The translations under genes were made by a program, and so were the position numbers. The notes under the pieces were generated by a model that saw nothing but the letters and a program-made list of their open reading frames with translations, did not search any database and was not told the DNA's origin. Of a DNA stretch of 64,000 bases, positions 1 to 12,822 are shown in pieces. Source of the DNA: Hamiltosporidium tvaerminnensis FI-OER-3-3. Its lineage: Eukaryota; Fungi; Microsporidia. The stretch's first letter is position 1, and each line of letters starts with the position of its first letter. The stretch spans positions 2,294,001 to 2,358,000 of the forward strand of contig JAKIMF020000001.1 of assembly GCA_022605425.2 (NCBI GenBank), in the 5' to 3' direction.

Positions 1-520
1 ACCGCAGCTGAACATGTAGGTAATTGCCATGTAAAAGCATGGAAACCTAGCCTTGCTCACTCGTGTTAGAAGACTTAGCGCCTGGGAGATACAAAACAAA
101 AAACCATATAAAGCCAGGAAAGCTAAGTAGCAGGTTATACCTGTTGGTATGACATTGCACTGTCTAGGTGGACCCCATGTAAATCTCTGAAATATATCTT
201 AGCTAGAAGTTTATTGGGTTCAGAAAGTGTAGAGTAAGTGGGAATGCTGCATAGTCTTGGGGGAGCCCAGGGGGGGCTTCGGCCTTCGATCACACTCCAT
301 GCAACGGACATTAACGAACTTCGGGCAACTGCCTCGCCTAGTAATTAGGTTCTACACACCTGGTAGATGAAAGGCTTTGGGACGTAGGTATCGCAGGGGT
401 TACCGATGGAGTGTTGGGGTAGCAGTTATTTATGTTAAACCTAGAACTGCGTTAATGTCATGAAAACAAATATAACACTTGCCACTGTTTTAATAAAGAT
501 GTGATACTTTTAAATAAAGT
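1..520 (+). mobile_element. Structured ~730-nt SINE-like retroposon, copy A (5' part lies outside the window)
   Basis: Near-identical to the reverse complement of about 54731-55249. It ends in GTGATACTTTTAAATAAAGT (501-520), the same 3' end as the other copies. Confidence 0.85.
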
Positions 521-1599
521 TTTTAAATATTAATGACTTATTAAAAACCATATATTAAATTTCTTTCAACGGATTATTTTAATCGTAATAATAAGGACTT
601 AGAATAGAATATATTAATGGAAAAATTATGGTTTTGAACAAATGCAATATAGCAATAAAAATTAGTTAAAAAAAAATGATTTTTTCGATTATATGATATT
701 TAATTTTTTAAACACTTCAAAAAATATAAAAATCTGGTATTTTATAGATTTTATTTTGAAAATATATAAAAATGGCAAAAAATATCTTAACCCAGTATTT
801 TATTAAATAAATAGATTTTATTTGTATTATTGAATCTTTGTTTCTGTTATTGCTATTTTGATTTACATATATTTTTTAAATTTTTTTTGTATTAAAAATT
901 TAAATTTTCGATTTTAAAATGGGTTTAAATATCGTAGAGAAGAATTAATTTTCTTAGGTTGGAAGAACAATGAGACTTTATACAGTCAAGTTGCTTAAAA
1001 ATTTATTATTTTAAAGATATTAATTGACAATATAAAAAATATACTTTTTTAGATGAATAAAGTTATAAAAACATAAAATATAAACAGATATTTCGAAACC
1101 CACAATTTATATAAATTTGAGACACTATTTTTATTATATTAGTTTTCTGTATGTAATTCTTTTTTATGTTTGTGAAAAGTCCTATTTGAACATAATTATA
1201 TATTTGTGGGAATATGACTAATATTTTTTATTGTATCAAGTTTTTTGACCGAATAAATATTTTTAATTCAAATTTGAATTAGAGAGACAAAAATAATTTT
1301 ATTGGTTTTTTAATTTTCTTAGTAAAAAAGTTAATATTTTATTTTTTAAAATTTAATTTTAGCATAAACAAATTTTTATTCAGTAGGAAAAAAAACACAA
1401 ATCGATCGAAACTGTCTTTATTTAAGGATATACTATATTCCACCTTTTAAATATTTTGGATTACGCCTTACTCATGATTTATATTATAGTGAGCAAAATA
1501 GCATTTCACAATAATAGTCTATTCAAAGAAACTAGTATCAAATACTTTAAATGTAAAACTATTTATGAAAAAATATAAATTTTTCGAAAGAAGAATGGC

Positions 1600-2720
1600 A
1601 AACAGTCAAATAATATTTTGAAAAAACATCATAAGATGTATCTTAAACGACTGTATATACTATAAATACAGAGGAAAACATAGTCGGTAGTAATTAAAAC
1701 GCAGTCGAAATCATTTTTGTGGATCCACGAAAAGAACTTGGACGGGAACTAACCGCTGAAAAGAGTCGAAAAGAGCATTACTGGGTATCGTACAAGAAGC
1801 CGAGAGACCTCCGTCTATATTTCTACGAAAATATTTAACAATCAATAAAAATATGTTTAATTAACAGAAACACTAAATATCCGACTTTCAAATTTAGCGG
1901 AACAACCTCAAGCAATGATCATAAAAAATTTCAAATTCATGCCGGATAGAGAGATAGATAGAAGATATAAGAGTGAAATAATCTGTAGAAAAAAGAGCAT
2001 TAACACCAAAACATGATTTTAATAAATTTAATTTTCTAAAGAAATAATGAAATTTGAAATTAAAAATGAATTAGGCAACCCTTTATAATATGTTTGCAGA
2101 AATTAGAGTTCACATCAAATAGAAAATTGATGTCAGGATTCGGAAAAATAGGCTAGACATATTTAATTTAGACAAAAATACAAATAGAATTATCCTCTTT
2201 GATGTAGTAATAACCATGTAAAGGTTATTTTCAATTGATGACACAGAGAAACTTGGAAAGTATGGCTTACTATAGTGAGTTGGGTCTTGTTAACAAATAT
2301 AGTGTGGAGATAATTCCTTATGTGATATCCCGGAATAGTATTGTGACAAAATACCGTAAAATGCAACTTAAAACACTTCTATATCCATAAATATCGAGGC
2401 TTAGATTCAGTCGATAATATTCAAGAAGACTCTCAAAATAATTTATTTGGTCTTGGAAGATGTTTTAGGGGTAAACGCAATACCGATGATTTGATACGGT
2501 GTGACAATGAGCGCTATCAAAGAAAGAGAAATGCACAACCATCCAACATCCTCTTTAAAACAACTTAAAGACGAAAAAGATAGTGTTAAACAAGTAAAAT
2601 GAAAATAATTTAGTCCTATTTTAGATGATGAAACCACAGTAGAGGAACTGAAAATAAACAAAAATTAAACATCGAAGTTTGCGGAAGAGAATGAAGTAGT
2701 TAAAATACCAGGGTAAATTT
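1600..2720 (+). pseudogene. Decayed 3' part of R4-like RT/RLE retrotransposon
   Basis: 2101-2220 (AATTAGAGTTCACATC...GACAAAAATACAAATAGAATTATCCTC) echoes IRVDTRIKTDVKIRNNRPDIFILDKKKNKITLIEVGIT of the 19955 ORF. ~1725-1780 echoes PRTELGRGL. 2520-2700 matches the C-terminal tail (EMHNHPTSSLK). Many stops and frameshifts; the left boundary is approximate. Confidence 0.75.
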
Positions 2721-2995
2721 CATAAAAAAGAGTTATGATGCTAATTCATATTTCAATTAATAGTAAAATTAGTACTAATTTCGAAAAATTTATATAGCTA
2801 AAATTTTAGAAAATATAAATTTGGCTTTTTAATTTTTAAAATTATGAAACTTAAATAATAGATAACAAGCCAATTAAAATTAAAAAGGAAAGAACAACGT
2901 TGATATATCTATTATTTGTACGCTTTTGTAGAATGTTCGATTTTAATTGAAACATGTAAATGAAGATATTAAAAATTTAAAATTTATACAAAGAA

Positions 2996-3723
2996 TCTTC
3001 ATTTAAAAATAATACATATTTTAAGAAAAACAATCGCATGTGCTATATTGTTTTCATGGAATTAACGCAGTTCTACGTTTAACATTAATAACTACTCCGG
3101 TAACACTTTATCGGTACCTTCTGTAATACCTACATCTCAAAACCGTGAATCTAAAGGGTGTAAAACCCAATTAATGGGGAAGGCAGTTGCTGAAGTCTGT
3201 CAATTTTCGTTGCATAGAATGTGATCGTGATCAAAAATCACGTTGAGCTCGCTTGAGATCATGCAGCATTCCCACTTACTCTACACTTTCCGAACCGAAC
3301 AAATTCTAGCTAAGATATATTTCGGCGACTTACATGGGCTCTAAATAGAAAGTGCAATGTTATACTAACAAGAAAAAGCCTTTATTTAGCTCTCCTGGCT
3401 TTAAAGAGTTTAATTTGAATATCTATTAAACGTATTATCTTCTAACTCGAGTGAACAACGCTAAGTTTCCATGTTTTTACATGGTAATTACCTACAAATT
3501 CAATTGCAGTCTTTAGTCATCTTACATAAAAAACTACAAAATAGATTTGGAGAAAGAGTTTCGGGATTGGTAGAGCATCTTCTTCTCATACAAAATCCCA
3601 TGGAATCATTAAAAATTTAATGGGATTTTATTTCTACAAAAAATCCAAACAATGATATCCACACCAGTTTCACATAATCTTTCCTAAGCAGATAGGTTTT
3701 TATGTGGCTAACCACTCTCCATC
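2996..3723 (-). mobile_element. Structured SINE-like retroposon, copy B (older, full length)
   Basis: Collinear, diverged match to 54720-55459 (e.g. GCAGCATTCCCACTTACTCTACACTTTC, CACACCAGTTTCACA). Candidate 8-bp TSD ACAAAGAA at 2988-2995 and 3724-3731. Confidence 0.8.
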
Positions 3724-3873
3724 ACAAAGAAAAAATAATGCTTTAAATCTTTTTTTTATACAATGGTAGAAGTAATTCCTTGTGTGATAACTCATTATGG
3801 TGTTGAAACCATCGATCATAAGATTAATTTTTTGGATTGTATGTACCAGGATAATAGAGACATACATCTAGTC

Positions 3874-4087
3874 CAGTGGTTCTTAACCTTTTAAGTGAGA
3901 TGTATCTCATGGAATCTGAAAATCGGTTTCCACACCCCAAAGTAAAAAAGAGCTTCGATTTTTAGAAAATTTGTTGTTCATTTAAAAATATACATATTAT
4001 ATACCTCTGTATAACAATAAGCTCTTTACATGAGATTATGGCGCGCTCCAAAAAATACCTTTTCGCACCCTCGGATAAGAACTACTG
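3874..4087. mobile_element. hAT/Buster-type MITE (~214 bp)
   Basis: Left end CAGTGGTTCTTAACC (3874-3888) and right end GGATAAGAACTACTG (4073-4087) form a 13/15 inverted repeat of the CAGTGGTTC type. The left flank ATCTAGTC resembles a Buster/Charlie target, but the right flank does not repeat it. Confidence 0.55.
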
Positions 4088-5363
4088 CATATTCATAGTA
4101 CGAAAAAAATACTCTAAGCATTTTTTTCTCTATGAAGAGTTTCGGTTTCAAGACAGAATACCTAGTAAAGCTGGAATATAGCATGTTAGAATGTGATAAA
4201 TAGAGCATCGATGTCAAAAACTCATATACTTACAATTACACTTTTATACTAACGAAGAAGAAAGAGGTGAGAAACAAACGGTAAGAATATTATTAACCCT
4301 GAATTTCGGTAAAATAATATGTACAAAGGCATTTAGTTAAAATCTAATAAAAAAATATGGTTTAATGAACTATGAAATAAAACAAAAAAAGATACAATCG
4401 TCACATAAAAACAGCAGAAAAATACGCAGGTATTTAATATAATTCGTTTTTCAATATATCCAACCAATTATCCTAATATTTAATTAATATAACTATAAAT
4501 ATCCATTTGGAAAAATGAATCGCTATGCATAAACCTTTTAAAATGAATATCTAGAGAGTTATTGATTAAGAAGCCTCCATTTAAGTACATTGATTTCTCA
4601 CAAAGTAGTCCAAAACGTACATATACTTTACTTATACCAATAGATTTCAACATTTTAAAGTAAACAGAGTTCATATAAAAAAAATTTCTGATAATATGAA
4701 CATGAAATAATGGTGCTACAACAAAAACTCGATTTCGGCATTATTAATGAAAATTAATATATTTATATGAGATATAATATTAAATAAAGATACTACGAAT
4801 TGAATCAAGGTGGTCCAAAATAAAAATATACTTCTGATTTTTAAGGTAAAAAATGAAGTATTATTTGCATGTAAAAAAAGCCAAGTTTTTTTTATAAATG
4901 TATATTTGAGGTGATCTTAGATTAAAGCAAACATAGTTTTATATCTTTAACGAATACTGTAAAATAGATTTTAAAAAACAAAGTATTGCTGAGAGTAGAA
5001 AGGAAAGATTCATTCAATAAAATTCTCGTATTTAAATTTTAATTTTTTTAATTCAAGAATAATTCACGATTAAGATGAAATGCCTATAATAAGGACATAT
5101 GAATAAACCATATAATCTATACACATATACGTCCAACTAGAAAGAAGGAATAAAAAACAATCCTCAAACTTGAATTCTCTATTTAGGAATAAAATTTAAT
5201 AATAAGAGATCTGATCAGAACACTAAAGCTGAACTAACTATAAAGAACGAAAACAAAAAACAAATAGATGATATATAGATCTAACAATATAATTCAGCAA
5301 GTTACTAACGCTCGAACAAATTTGTTTATTTAATAAAAATATATTTTTTATTAAATGTGCGAC

Positions 5364-6416
5364 TTATGTTTCCCTATATGGAAATTTGAGTATCGCTGCA
5401 ACACCACCCATTTCTGCCAATTTTTCACCATAAAAATGACGTATAGGAATAACAAATAGGTTGGCATTTTGTGCTTTAACGTCCAAGATTAGCTTTTCGA
5501 TTTTTTTTCGTTCTTCTATATCGAAAGATTTAAAAACCTCACTCGTTAATAATAGAGATTTTACCGCACCGTATTCAATACCTTCTTGGACATCTGATAT
5601 TCCTACAGCAATGTACTCCGAACTTGTATTAAATAGAGTTAAAAAAACTTCCATTTCTTTTAAGTCTTTTAAAAATTGTACATTATGTAATTTTTTTAAA
5701 ACAACAGCATCTCCCATCATTTTTTCAATAATTTTATTTCCACTCATTTTAGAATAATCAGAATCTAATTTTACAGAACAAAATTTTTCTAAATTTTCCT
5801 TAATATTTTTATTGCTCGAAATATTCTTTAAAAATATATTTCTTTCTTCAGAAGTGCTAGCAATAATTATAGACTTAATAATTTTTAGATTTGCCTTTTC
5901 CAGAAATGTTATAATATTCTTATAATTTTTATTCTTAATTTCTTGTTTCAAAATATTTTTTACATAATTTTGCGTTATAGAATAAACAAAGCATTCTTTA
6001 TCAAACAAAAGTACGACAAATATTTCTGTATATTCAGTTTCAGCATCCCTTAATATCTTAAGTGACAATAAATTCCATTCCTTCTTTGTAAGCCATAACT
6101 TATCATTCAGTGTTATTTCTATTGTGTGAAAAGATCCCATTTTTATATGTTCATGTTCTGTAAGTGTCTTACCTTTAAAAAAAATTACATTTGCCTCCAA
6201 ATCAACCGTTATAGATTCTATTACAATTTCCAATTTGATATAAATTCTTTCTGTGTTTTTATTAGAAACAACAATTTTTCTTTGAGTACGAGATTTTATA
6301 ATATCGCTCTTATCTATTAAATTGTATAACGAGTATATATCATCGGGATATTCTGGCATAAGTTCGATTGAACCTTCTAATTTTTTTTCATCAAAATATT
6401 TTTTGTGTATTTTCAT
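5364..6416 (-). CDS. DOM34: Pelota/Dom34 ribosome rescue factor (eRF1 family)
   Basis: PEYPDDIYSLYNLI, MGSFHTIEI, and C-terminal GEKLAEMGGVAAILKFP are pelota hallmarks. Likely ATG is 6416 rather than the track's TTG at 6443. Confidence 0.92.
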   Translation of the reverse strand: MKIHKKYFDEKKLEGSIELMPEYPDDIYSLYNLIDKSDIIKSRTQRKIVVSNKNTERIYIKLEIVIESITVDLEANVIFFKGKTLTEHEHIKMGSFHTIEITLNDKLWLTKKEWNLLSLKILRDAETEYTEIFVVLLFDKECFVYSITQNYVKNILKQEIKNKNYKNIITFLEKANLKIIKSIIIASTSEERNIFLKNISSNKNIKENLEKFCSVKLDSDYSKMSGNKIIEKMMGDAVVLKKLHNVQFLKDLKEMEVFLTLFNTSSEYIAVGISDVQEGIEYGAVKSLLLTSEVFKSFDIEERKKIEKLILDVKAQNANLFVIPIRHFYGEKLAEMGGVAAILKFPYRET

Positions 6417-7536
6417 ATAAATATTTTTGATGGATAAAATCAAATAAAGTGGTTTTAAAAAATTTAAATTACATGTGAATTGAGATTTTATATAAAATTA
6501 ATTCTAATTTAAGAATTTTTCATACTCGAATTATAATACGCTAAAAATTTGTAAATATTATTGGTTCTTTTCTAATATCTGCTTTTTTGTTTCATGAAAA
6601 ACAAATTTTTTTTTAAAAAAATAATCAGAGATATAGTATTTTAGAAATACTCTATAACATGTAGTAAAAATAAACTAAATTTTGTCTAGAATTATTCTCA
6701 TATGTGTACATTCAAAATGTGTCTACTTTAATTTTTTATTATGGAAAAGCGACTAAGATTTTATAATTATTGTTTTTTTAGTTTGTTCAAAGATAATCAA
6801 CCATTTTTTAGAACTATTACAAACTATCGCAAAGTTTAAATTAAAACTTAAATTCAGACGGATTTAAGAGCTACTCTCAGACTTTGGGCATTCAAAATAC
6901 AAAGTTGAGATAAATCCTGAAGTATATTAATCTAAACCCAATTGGTTTTAAAACATACAGAATGAATTACATAAAGCATTGTAACATGTCGTATTTATAG
7001 GCAAAAAAAATGAAAAATCCCGAGTAAATTCTTCAGCAGAAGATTCAAAATCAATGTGTAAAGTAATGAAGAGGTTGCTTTTAACGAGACCAAACATAAA
7101 ACAAATATTAAGTAAATAAACAGAGTATAAAAATATAACGGATGTTTGGTAAGGCGTAGAAAAAATTAAACACAATAAAGGCGAAAATGAAGGGTATATG
7201 AGGTCACCATAATACGTTGTAAATGAATGATACTATTTTGTTTTTTACATATTTTGTTCGTAAGCCAGAATCATCAACCTTTCTCTTGTCTTTCCATGTT
7301 TGAGATTAGTTACAACAGAGTTCTAATAAACAATACTTAATATAGAATAGAATACCAAATATGGGAATGTTGAATATTTTTTAATTTATTTTTTCGCAAT
7401 CAAAATTTTAAAAAAAAGAATTAAAGATTTAAATTTTTTTATAAACCAGAACTTTTTATAACTGCAAAATTGAAATCCGTTCTTATTTCGTTTTTTAATT
7501 TTTTTTAAAAATATCCATTTTAGTATCACCGTTATC

Positions 7537-8505
7537 ATGATAATAACCATATGTCAGCCAATGCTAGACATAAGAATAAAATGTGAAAAATCACTTTTAG
7601 AAAATTTAGATTTAGAAGAAAATGGATATGTTCAAATAAATGGTAAAAACAACTATTTATTAGAAAAGCTTCAAGATCTAAAAGCAGTACGGTTATCTTC
7701 TGGTGGAACTTCTTTGAATACATTTATATTTTTATCAAAGAAGGGAAATATTCCATTATATTTTATTGGTTCAGTCGGTAACGATAAGTATTTAAAAATT
7801 ATAGAAAATGAATTAGATATTTTGAATATCAAATATTCATTCGAAATATTTGATAATAATCGGACTGCTAAATGTTTTGTGCTTCTTAATGGCAGACAAA
7901 GATCATTAGTAACAGATCTCGGTGCGTCTACATGTCTAAGTCTTAAATATGTAGATACGTGTTTATGTAATTTACCAAAAAATGTTTTTTTTTATATGAG
8001 TGGATTCATGATAGCTGCACATCTAGAATTATCGTTTCATATTTTAGATATTTTGAAGAAAAATCAATTAATTCTTAATTTATCATCATATACTTTATTT
8101 TCTGGTAGCGAATATTTTTTTATAAAAAAATATTTTGATATTTCAAACGTTGTCGTTGGTAATTTTGAAGAATTTTATAGCTTCTATAAACGTGTTTTTG
8201 GTAAAGAGCCGATCAATATTAGACAAATATTGGTAGAATTAGGATATAAAAACCAAACACTTATATGCACCGATGGAGGTAAAGATATATATTATACCAA
8301 AAACGGCAAGGTATATAGTTCTAAAATAGATAAATATCTGGGAGATAACGTAGATACATGCGGAGCAGGAGATGCATTTGCTGCCGGTATTTTATATGGT
8401 TTTTATAATAAATATTCTATCGAAGAAATTATTGAAATAGGAAAAGATTGGTCAGAGGAATATATTTTAGAAAATACTAAAATGATTCAAGAACTTATTT
8501 TTTAA
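7537..8505 (+). CDS. ADK: PfkB-family sugar/nucleoside kinase, likely adenosine kinase
   Basis: GGTSLNT, FIGSVGND, RSLVTDLGAS, and the PfkB signature VDTCGAGDAFAAG. Confidence 0.85.
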   Translation: MIITICQPMLDIRIKCEKSLLENLDLEENGYVQINGKNNYLLEKLQDLKAVRLSSGGTSLNTFIFLSKKGNIPLYFIGSVGNDKYLKIIENELDILNIKYSFEIFDNNRTAKCFVLLNGRQRSLVTDLGASTCLSLKYVDTCLCNLPKNVFFYMSGFMIAAHLELSFHILDILKKNQLILNLSSYTLFSGSEYFFIKKYFDISNVVVGNFEEFYSFYKRVFGKEPINIRQILVELGYKNQTLICTDGGKDIYYTKNGKVYSSKIDKYLGDNVDTCGAGDAFAAGILYGFYNKYSIEEIIEIGKDWSEEYILENTKMIQELIF

Positions 8506-9700
8506 AAGAATAAATTTACTGACTAAAACCTATTAATTTTTTACATTTTTCTACTATAAAAACTATATTTAAATATTTTTGTTTGACTTGAATAGAAGAA
8601 ATCAACTGTATAAATTTTCTATTTTCTTATAAATTAAAAGTCATTTTAACAAATTTTGATTTTCTAGTTGACTAAAACACAATTAAAATACTTAAACATC
8701 AATTTAATATTGTATTTCTTTTAAATAAGATGTAAAAAAATAAAGTAAAAGTTCATTTTTTAAATTCTTTTCGAAACAAATCTGTCAAATATTTTTTTCT
8801 TGATTTTTGATCAAAATATTTTTTTTGTAGATTTTGATACAATTTTTTGAAACAAAGATAAATTCTACAAAATTTTGTTCCGAAGTATGCACATTAGATA
8901 TACTTGAAGCTATCATTAGATATAATATTACTTATAAGAGTAGAAATGTCTTTTTTCTAATATTTGACTATAAAATCCTAAGATGTATCAATCCTCTATA
9001 GATGATCTAATATATTTAAAAAATATCTTAAAAGAAATATTGCAACAATTTTTTGAAATATTCTGCAAAAAAAACTCTAAAACGATCTTTGAAATTATTT
9101 ACCGCACAAAATTTAAGCATTCTTATAATCAATAGCATTTAAGAAAACTGATATTATTTCTTTCGATTGCTTGCATTCGAGTGATGAAATTAGATGAGAA
9201 ATTAATTTGGAAATATTTATTTGTACTGTAAAAAAAATTACTTCCTTCGTAATTAAACGTTTGTATCTAATACATGATCACATATATCAACATACAACAC
9301 CCATTTTGTAATGTTTGAGTTTCGTTTCTATGAATACACCAAATTTTAGCGTAAATTATATGCCGCTTCTTTAAATATTATAAATATTTACATTGTAAAA
9401 ATACCTCAAAGAAAAAGGAGCAAAGGTAAAGAAATATTGAAAATAAACTATGAAAAATTCATTTGAAAAATATATTAATAAAGTACTTTTAATCCGGAGA
9501 AATGTTCTAATAATTATCTTTTCCATTTTAAAATTTATTATTTAATTTATCAGAAATAATTCCTGCTAATTAAATTTGTAGAATATATTTGGTTAATTTA
9601 TCATATACGGTTTTTTTTCTAATTAAATATAAATTTATTTCCATATTTGTCTATATTAATAGATTTCTAGTGGTATATAAAGAATTTTCCTTACGATCCC

Positions 9701-11368
9701 ATGCCACAAAAAAATTTTGGATCCATTTATTCAACAAGCTCAAAGAAAAAAAAGACAAAAACTGTGCCTTCTGAAGTTGAGAAAATGTCTAAAACCAATG
9801 CGAATGATATAAACAATTCTGTACTTCCACAATCTACTGGAAAAAAAGAGAATGACACTAAAGATTCAAAAATAAATATCAATATAAAGAATATATCAAA
9901 GACTCATCCTGAAAATAAAAATAATTTGCTAAATAATAACGAAGAGCCAAAATCCACTACAATTTTAGAAACCGAAGAATCAAAGAATGATCAAGCTAAA
10001 CAAAAAGAAACCGAAGAACTAAAACGAGATATAAATGAAAAAGTTAAAGAAAATTCAAAATATTTTACTGATATATTAAAATCAAACAATATAAATGTCA
10101 CTAACTTAGTAACCGAGGACGATTTTTCTCCAGTAGCTAATAGATGTTGTGAAAATATAATAGGTTATAAAAAAATTCCTATGGGGATTTCAAAGTATTC
10201 ATTTCAAATAAATGGACGCGGTTTTTGGGTACCGCTTTGTACCACAGAAGGGGCACTTGTGGCTTCTATGTGTAGAGGGATAAAATTATTAAACCGTGGA
10301 TATCTCGAAGGCGTAGTTGAAAATATAGGAATTACAAGAAGTTTTTCTGTAGAATTTTATAAATTTAAAGATGCAGTAAATTTTTACAAAGAATTAAAAA
10401 AAGATGTTTACCACATATTGGATGAAGAAATCAAGGATGAAGTATCTCCCGAAAAAGCTAAAGCCATACTCAAAGAAGGCGGCGAATATTATCATGTAAG
10501 AGATGTACTGATAGAATCCATGATCAAGGAATGTGATCCATCATCTGCAGAACAAAAAAAGGAAGAACCAAAAGAGAATGTTTCGTTAGTTGATAGACTT
10601 ACCAAAATAGGAAATTCAACATCTAATTATCTCAAAGTGAAATCAATCTCTACTAAACATATCATAAACAATACGGTTTTTATAAAAGTACATGCATATT
10701 CAGGTGAAGCAATGGGAATGAATATGATCACAAAAGCATGTAAGGCAATGATAGACTACTTAAGAACAAATTATAATATTAAAACTTCTTGCCTAAGTGC
10801 AAATATTTGTACCGATAAAAAATGGTCGATTGAAAATTATTGTAACGGAAGAGGGAGAAGAGTCTTTATGAACATTTTTATCAGCGAAGAAGATTGCTTG
10901 GAAGTATTAAAAGTAACCTGTGCTGACTTATATAAAACGTATTATTCAAAGATATGTTTAGGAAGTGCTTTGGTTTTAGGTAATTTTAACTGTCAAGCTG
11001 CGAATTACATAGCTGCTTTGTTCATAGCGCTAGGACAAGATTGTGGCCAAATAATTGAAAGTAGTAATTGTCTGTTGAGTATGGAAAAAGTAGATTTAGG
11101 ATTAAATATTTCTTTGCTTATGCCAAGCATTGTGGTAGGTGTTTTGGGCGGAGGAACGCATTTAGAGCCAAGTAAGGAGTTCTTAAAACAATTTTATATC
11201 AATGAAAGTAAAAATGTAATAACAGATAAGCGATATGATAGTTCATATGCACCTAGTTATCTAGCTTTGTTAGTTGCTGGTGTTGTTCTAGCAGGTGAAC
11301 TTAGTGCTTTGGGTGCTTTGACAAATGATACTTTGATGGATGCTCATTTAAAGCTTAACAGAATTTAA
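9701..11368 (+). CDS. HMG1: HMG-CoA reductase (class I, catalytic domain only)
   Basis: CENIIGY, TTEGALVAS, GEAMGMNMITK, CTDKK, GVLGGGT, AGELS and the terminal AHLKLNR catalytic His. CCC immediately precedes the ATG. Confidence 0.95.
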   Translation: MPQKNFGSIYSTSSKKKKTKTVPSEVEKMSKTNANDINNSVLPQSTGKKENDTKDSKININIKNISKTHPENKNNLLNNNEEPKSTTILETEESKNDQAKQKETEELKRDINEKVKENSKYFTDILKSNNINVTNLVTEDDFSPVANRCCENIIGYKKIPMGISKYSFQINGRGFWVPLCTTEGALVASMCRGIKLLNRGYLEGVVENIGITRSFSVEFYKFKDAVNFYKELKKDVYHILDEEIKDEVSPEKAKAILKEGGEYYHVRDVLIESMIKECDPSSAEQKKEEPKENVSLVDRLTKIGNSTSNYLKVKSISTKHIINNTVFIKVHAYSGEAMGMNMITKACKAMIDYLRTNYNIKTSCLSANICTDKKWSIENYCNGRGRRVFMNIFISEEDCLEVLKVTCADLYKTYYSKICLGSALVLGNFNCQAANYIAALFIALGQDCGQIIESSNCLLSMEKVDLGLNISLLMPSIVVGVLGGGTHLEPSKEFLKQFYINESKNVITDKRYDSSYAPSYLALLVAGVVLAGELSALGALTNDTLMDAHLKLNRI

Positions 11369-12822
11369 GTAAAACCTTTTTTGTCTTTCTTGTGTTCTAT
11401 TTAAACTACAAATTTATTTATAATTAGTTTTTGAATGTCAATTTATTAGTTTCTTAAATTCTATAACTATTTTGCTTAGTAACCTAAATAAATTCTTAAG
11501 AAATTTTACTTTTCAAATAAATTTATTGATTATTTGAGAATTGATAAGAGTAAATGTAAAAAAACTAAATAATTGCATTTTAATTTTATGAAAATTGAGA
11601 TTCATGATTCGATAAATCTACTAATTCTTCAAATTAAGATAAATAAAAATTGTAATTTAAGACGAATTTAAAACAAATTCTGAAATCTAAAAAATATATT
11701 AAAGAAACCATTGCAAACCCATTTAATTATTCGTTTGAAATGTCTACTATGTACTAAGTGACTCTATGTTAAAAAATACTTGTACATGAAATATTAGTTA
11801 AATTCTAAAATGATGTGATTAAGTAAATTATTTTTTATTTTTCTTTTTTATTTAATAAAATTCTGGATTTCAAATAGGATTAGAACTCGATCTCTTCCAT
11901 GAATCTTTTATAATAAGTATGATTAAATAGAATTATACGCTATGATAAAACCAAAATTCAAATACTTAATAAAATTAAGAAGATAAAACTTTTATAGATC
12001 AAAACTAATTTCAAAATACACTTTAATCGTTTTTATTGAATTAAGTATTGGATTATACATACTTGTCAATAAAGAAAATGAAATTATAGACCTAATTGTA
12101 CATAAAAGCCTACAGGATAACTTAGAATGATATAATTACCTATAAGCCTAAAATATATTTAGTAATATCTATGATAATCAAATATTTATGTACATAGAAT
12201 AGATAAAACTATAAAAATGATTGATTTCTTTCTATTCCCTAATATAGTTAGAAAAAGACCAAATTTGAGTTTTAAATTTATTAAAATATAATTCGTAAGA
12301 AATAGCTTCGTATATTTCTATATATATTGATTTTTGTATGGCTTATGAAACTAATTTACAAATATTACACATAAAACAAGAAAACAGTAAATATGATAAT
12401 ATGATAATTAAAATGGAAATCTAGATGTTCATTTATTTTTAAAAAATCCATCATAAATATAAAATAAAATATATAAGTTATAAAAAAATCCGAGTGAAAA
12501 TTGTCATAAATCTAAAAAATATTTGAATACTTAACTTTATTTAGATTTTTTAGTTCAAAAAGTATTTTTAAAAAATTAATAAAACATTCTAAAATTTTTA
12601 AATTCCCTGGTAAAAGGATATAATTATTTAATTTCGTGATTCATAAAATTAATATTCCTACATTTATCAATCAATTTATTTGATTATAACTATATATATT
12701 TACACATAAAAATTAATTGATTTTTATTCCTTTCAGCTCTTCAATTTTCTTTTAAATTATTCTTTCAAGTTAATCGTTAAATTTTTAGAATTATTTTATT
12801 TCTTAAATTTGACCTTCTTTTA

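Noticed and set aside
113-136. CCAGG-N10-AGCAGGT resembling SRP RNA helix 8
   Set aside because: The inner GNRA hairpin is missing and other copies read CCGGG. 7SL origin is unsupported without an Infernal hit.
66-260. AGACTT ... TAGTC/AAGTC resembling group I intron P7 (R/S) elements
   Set aside because: No P3/P4/P6 core could be traced, and the copies are intergenic with TSDs rather than interrupting genes.
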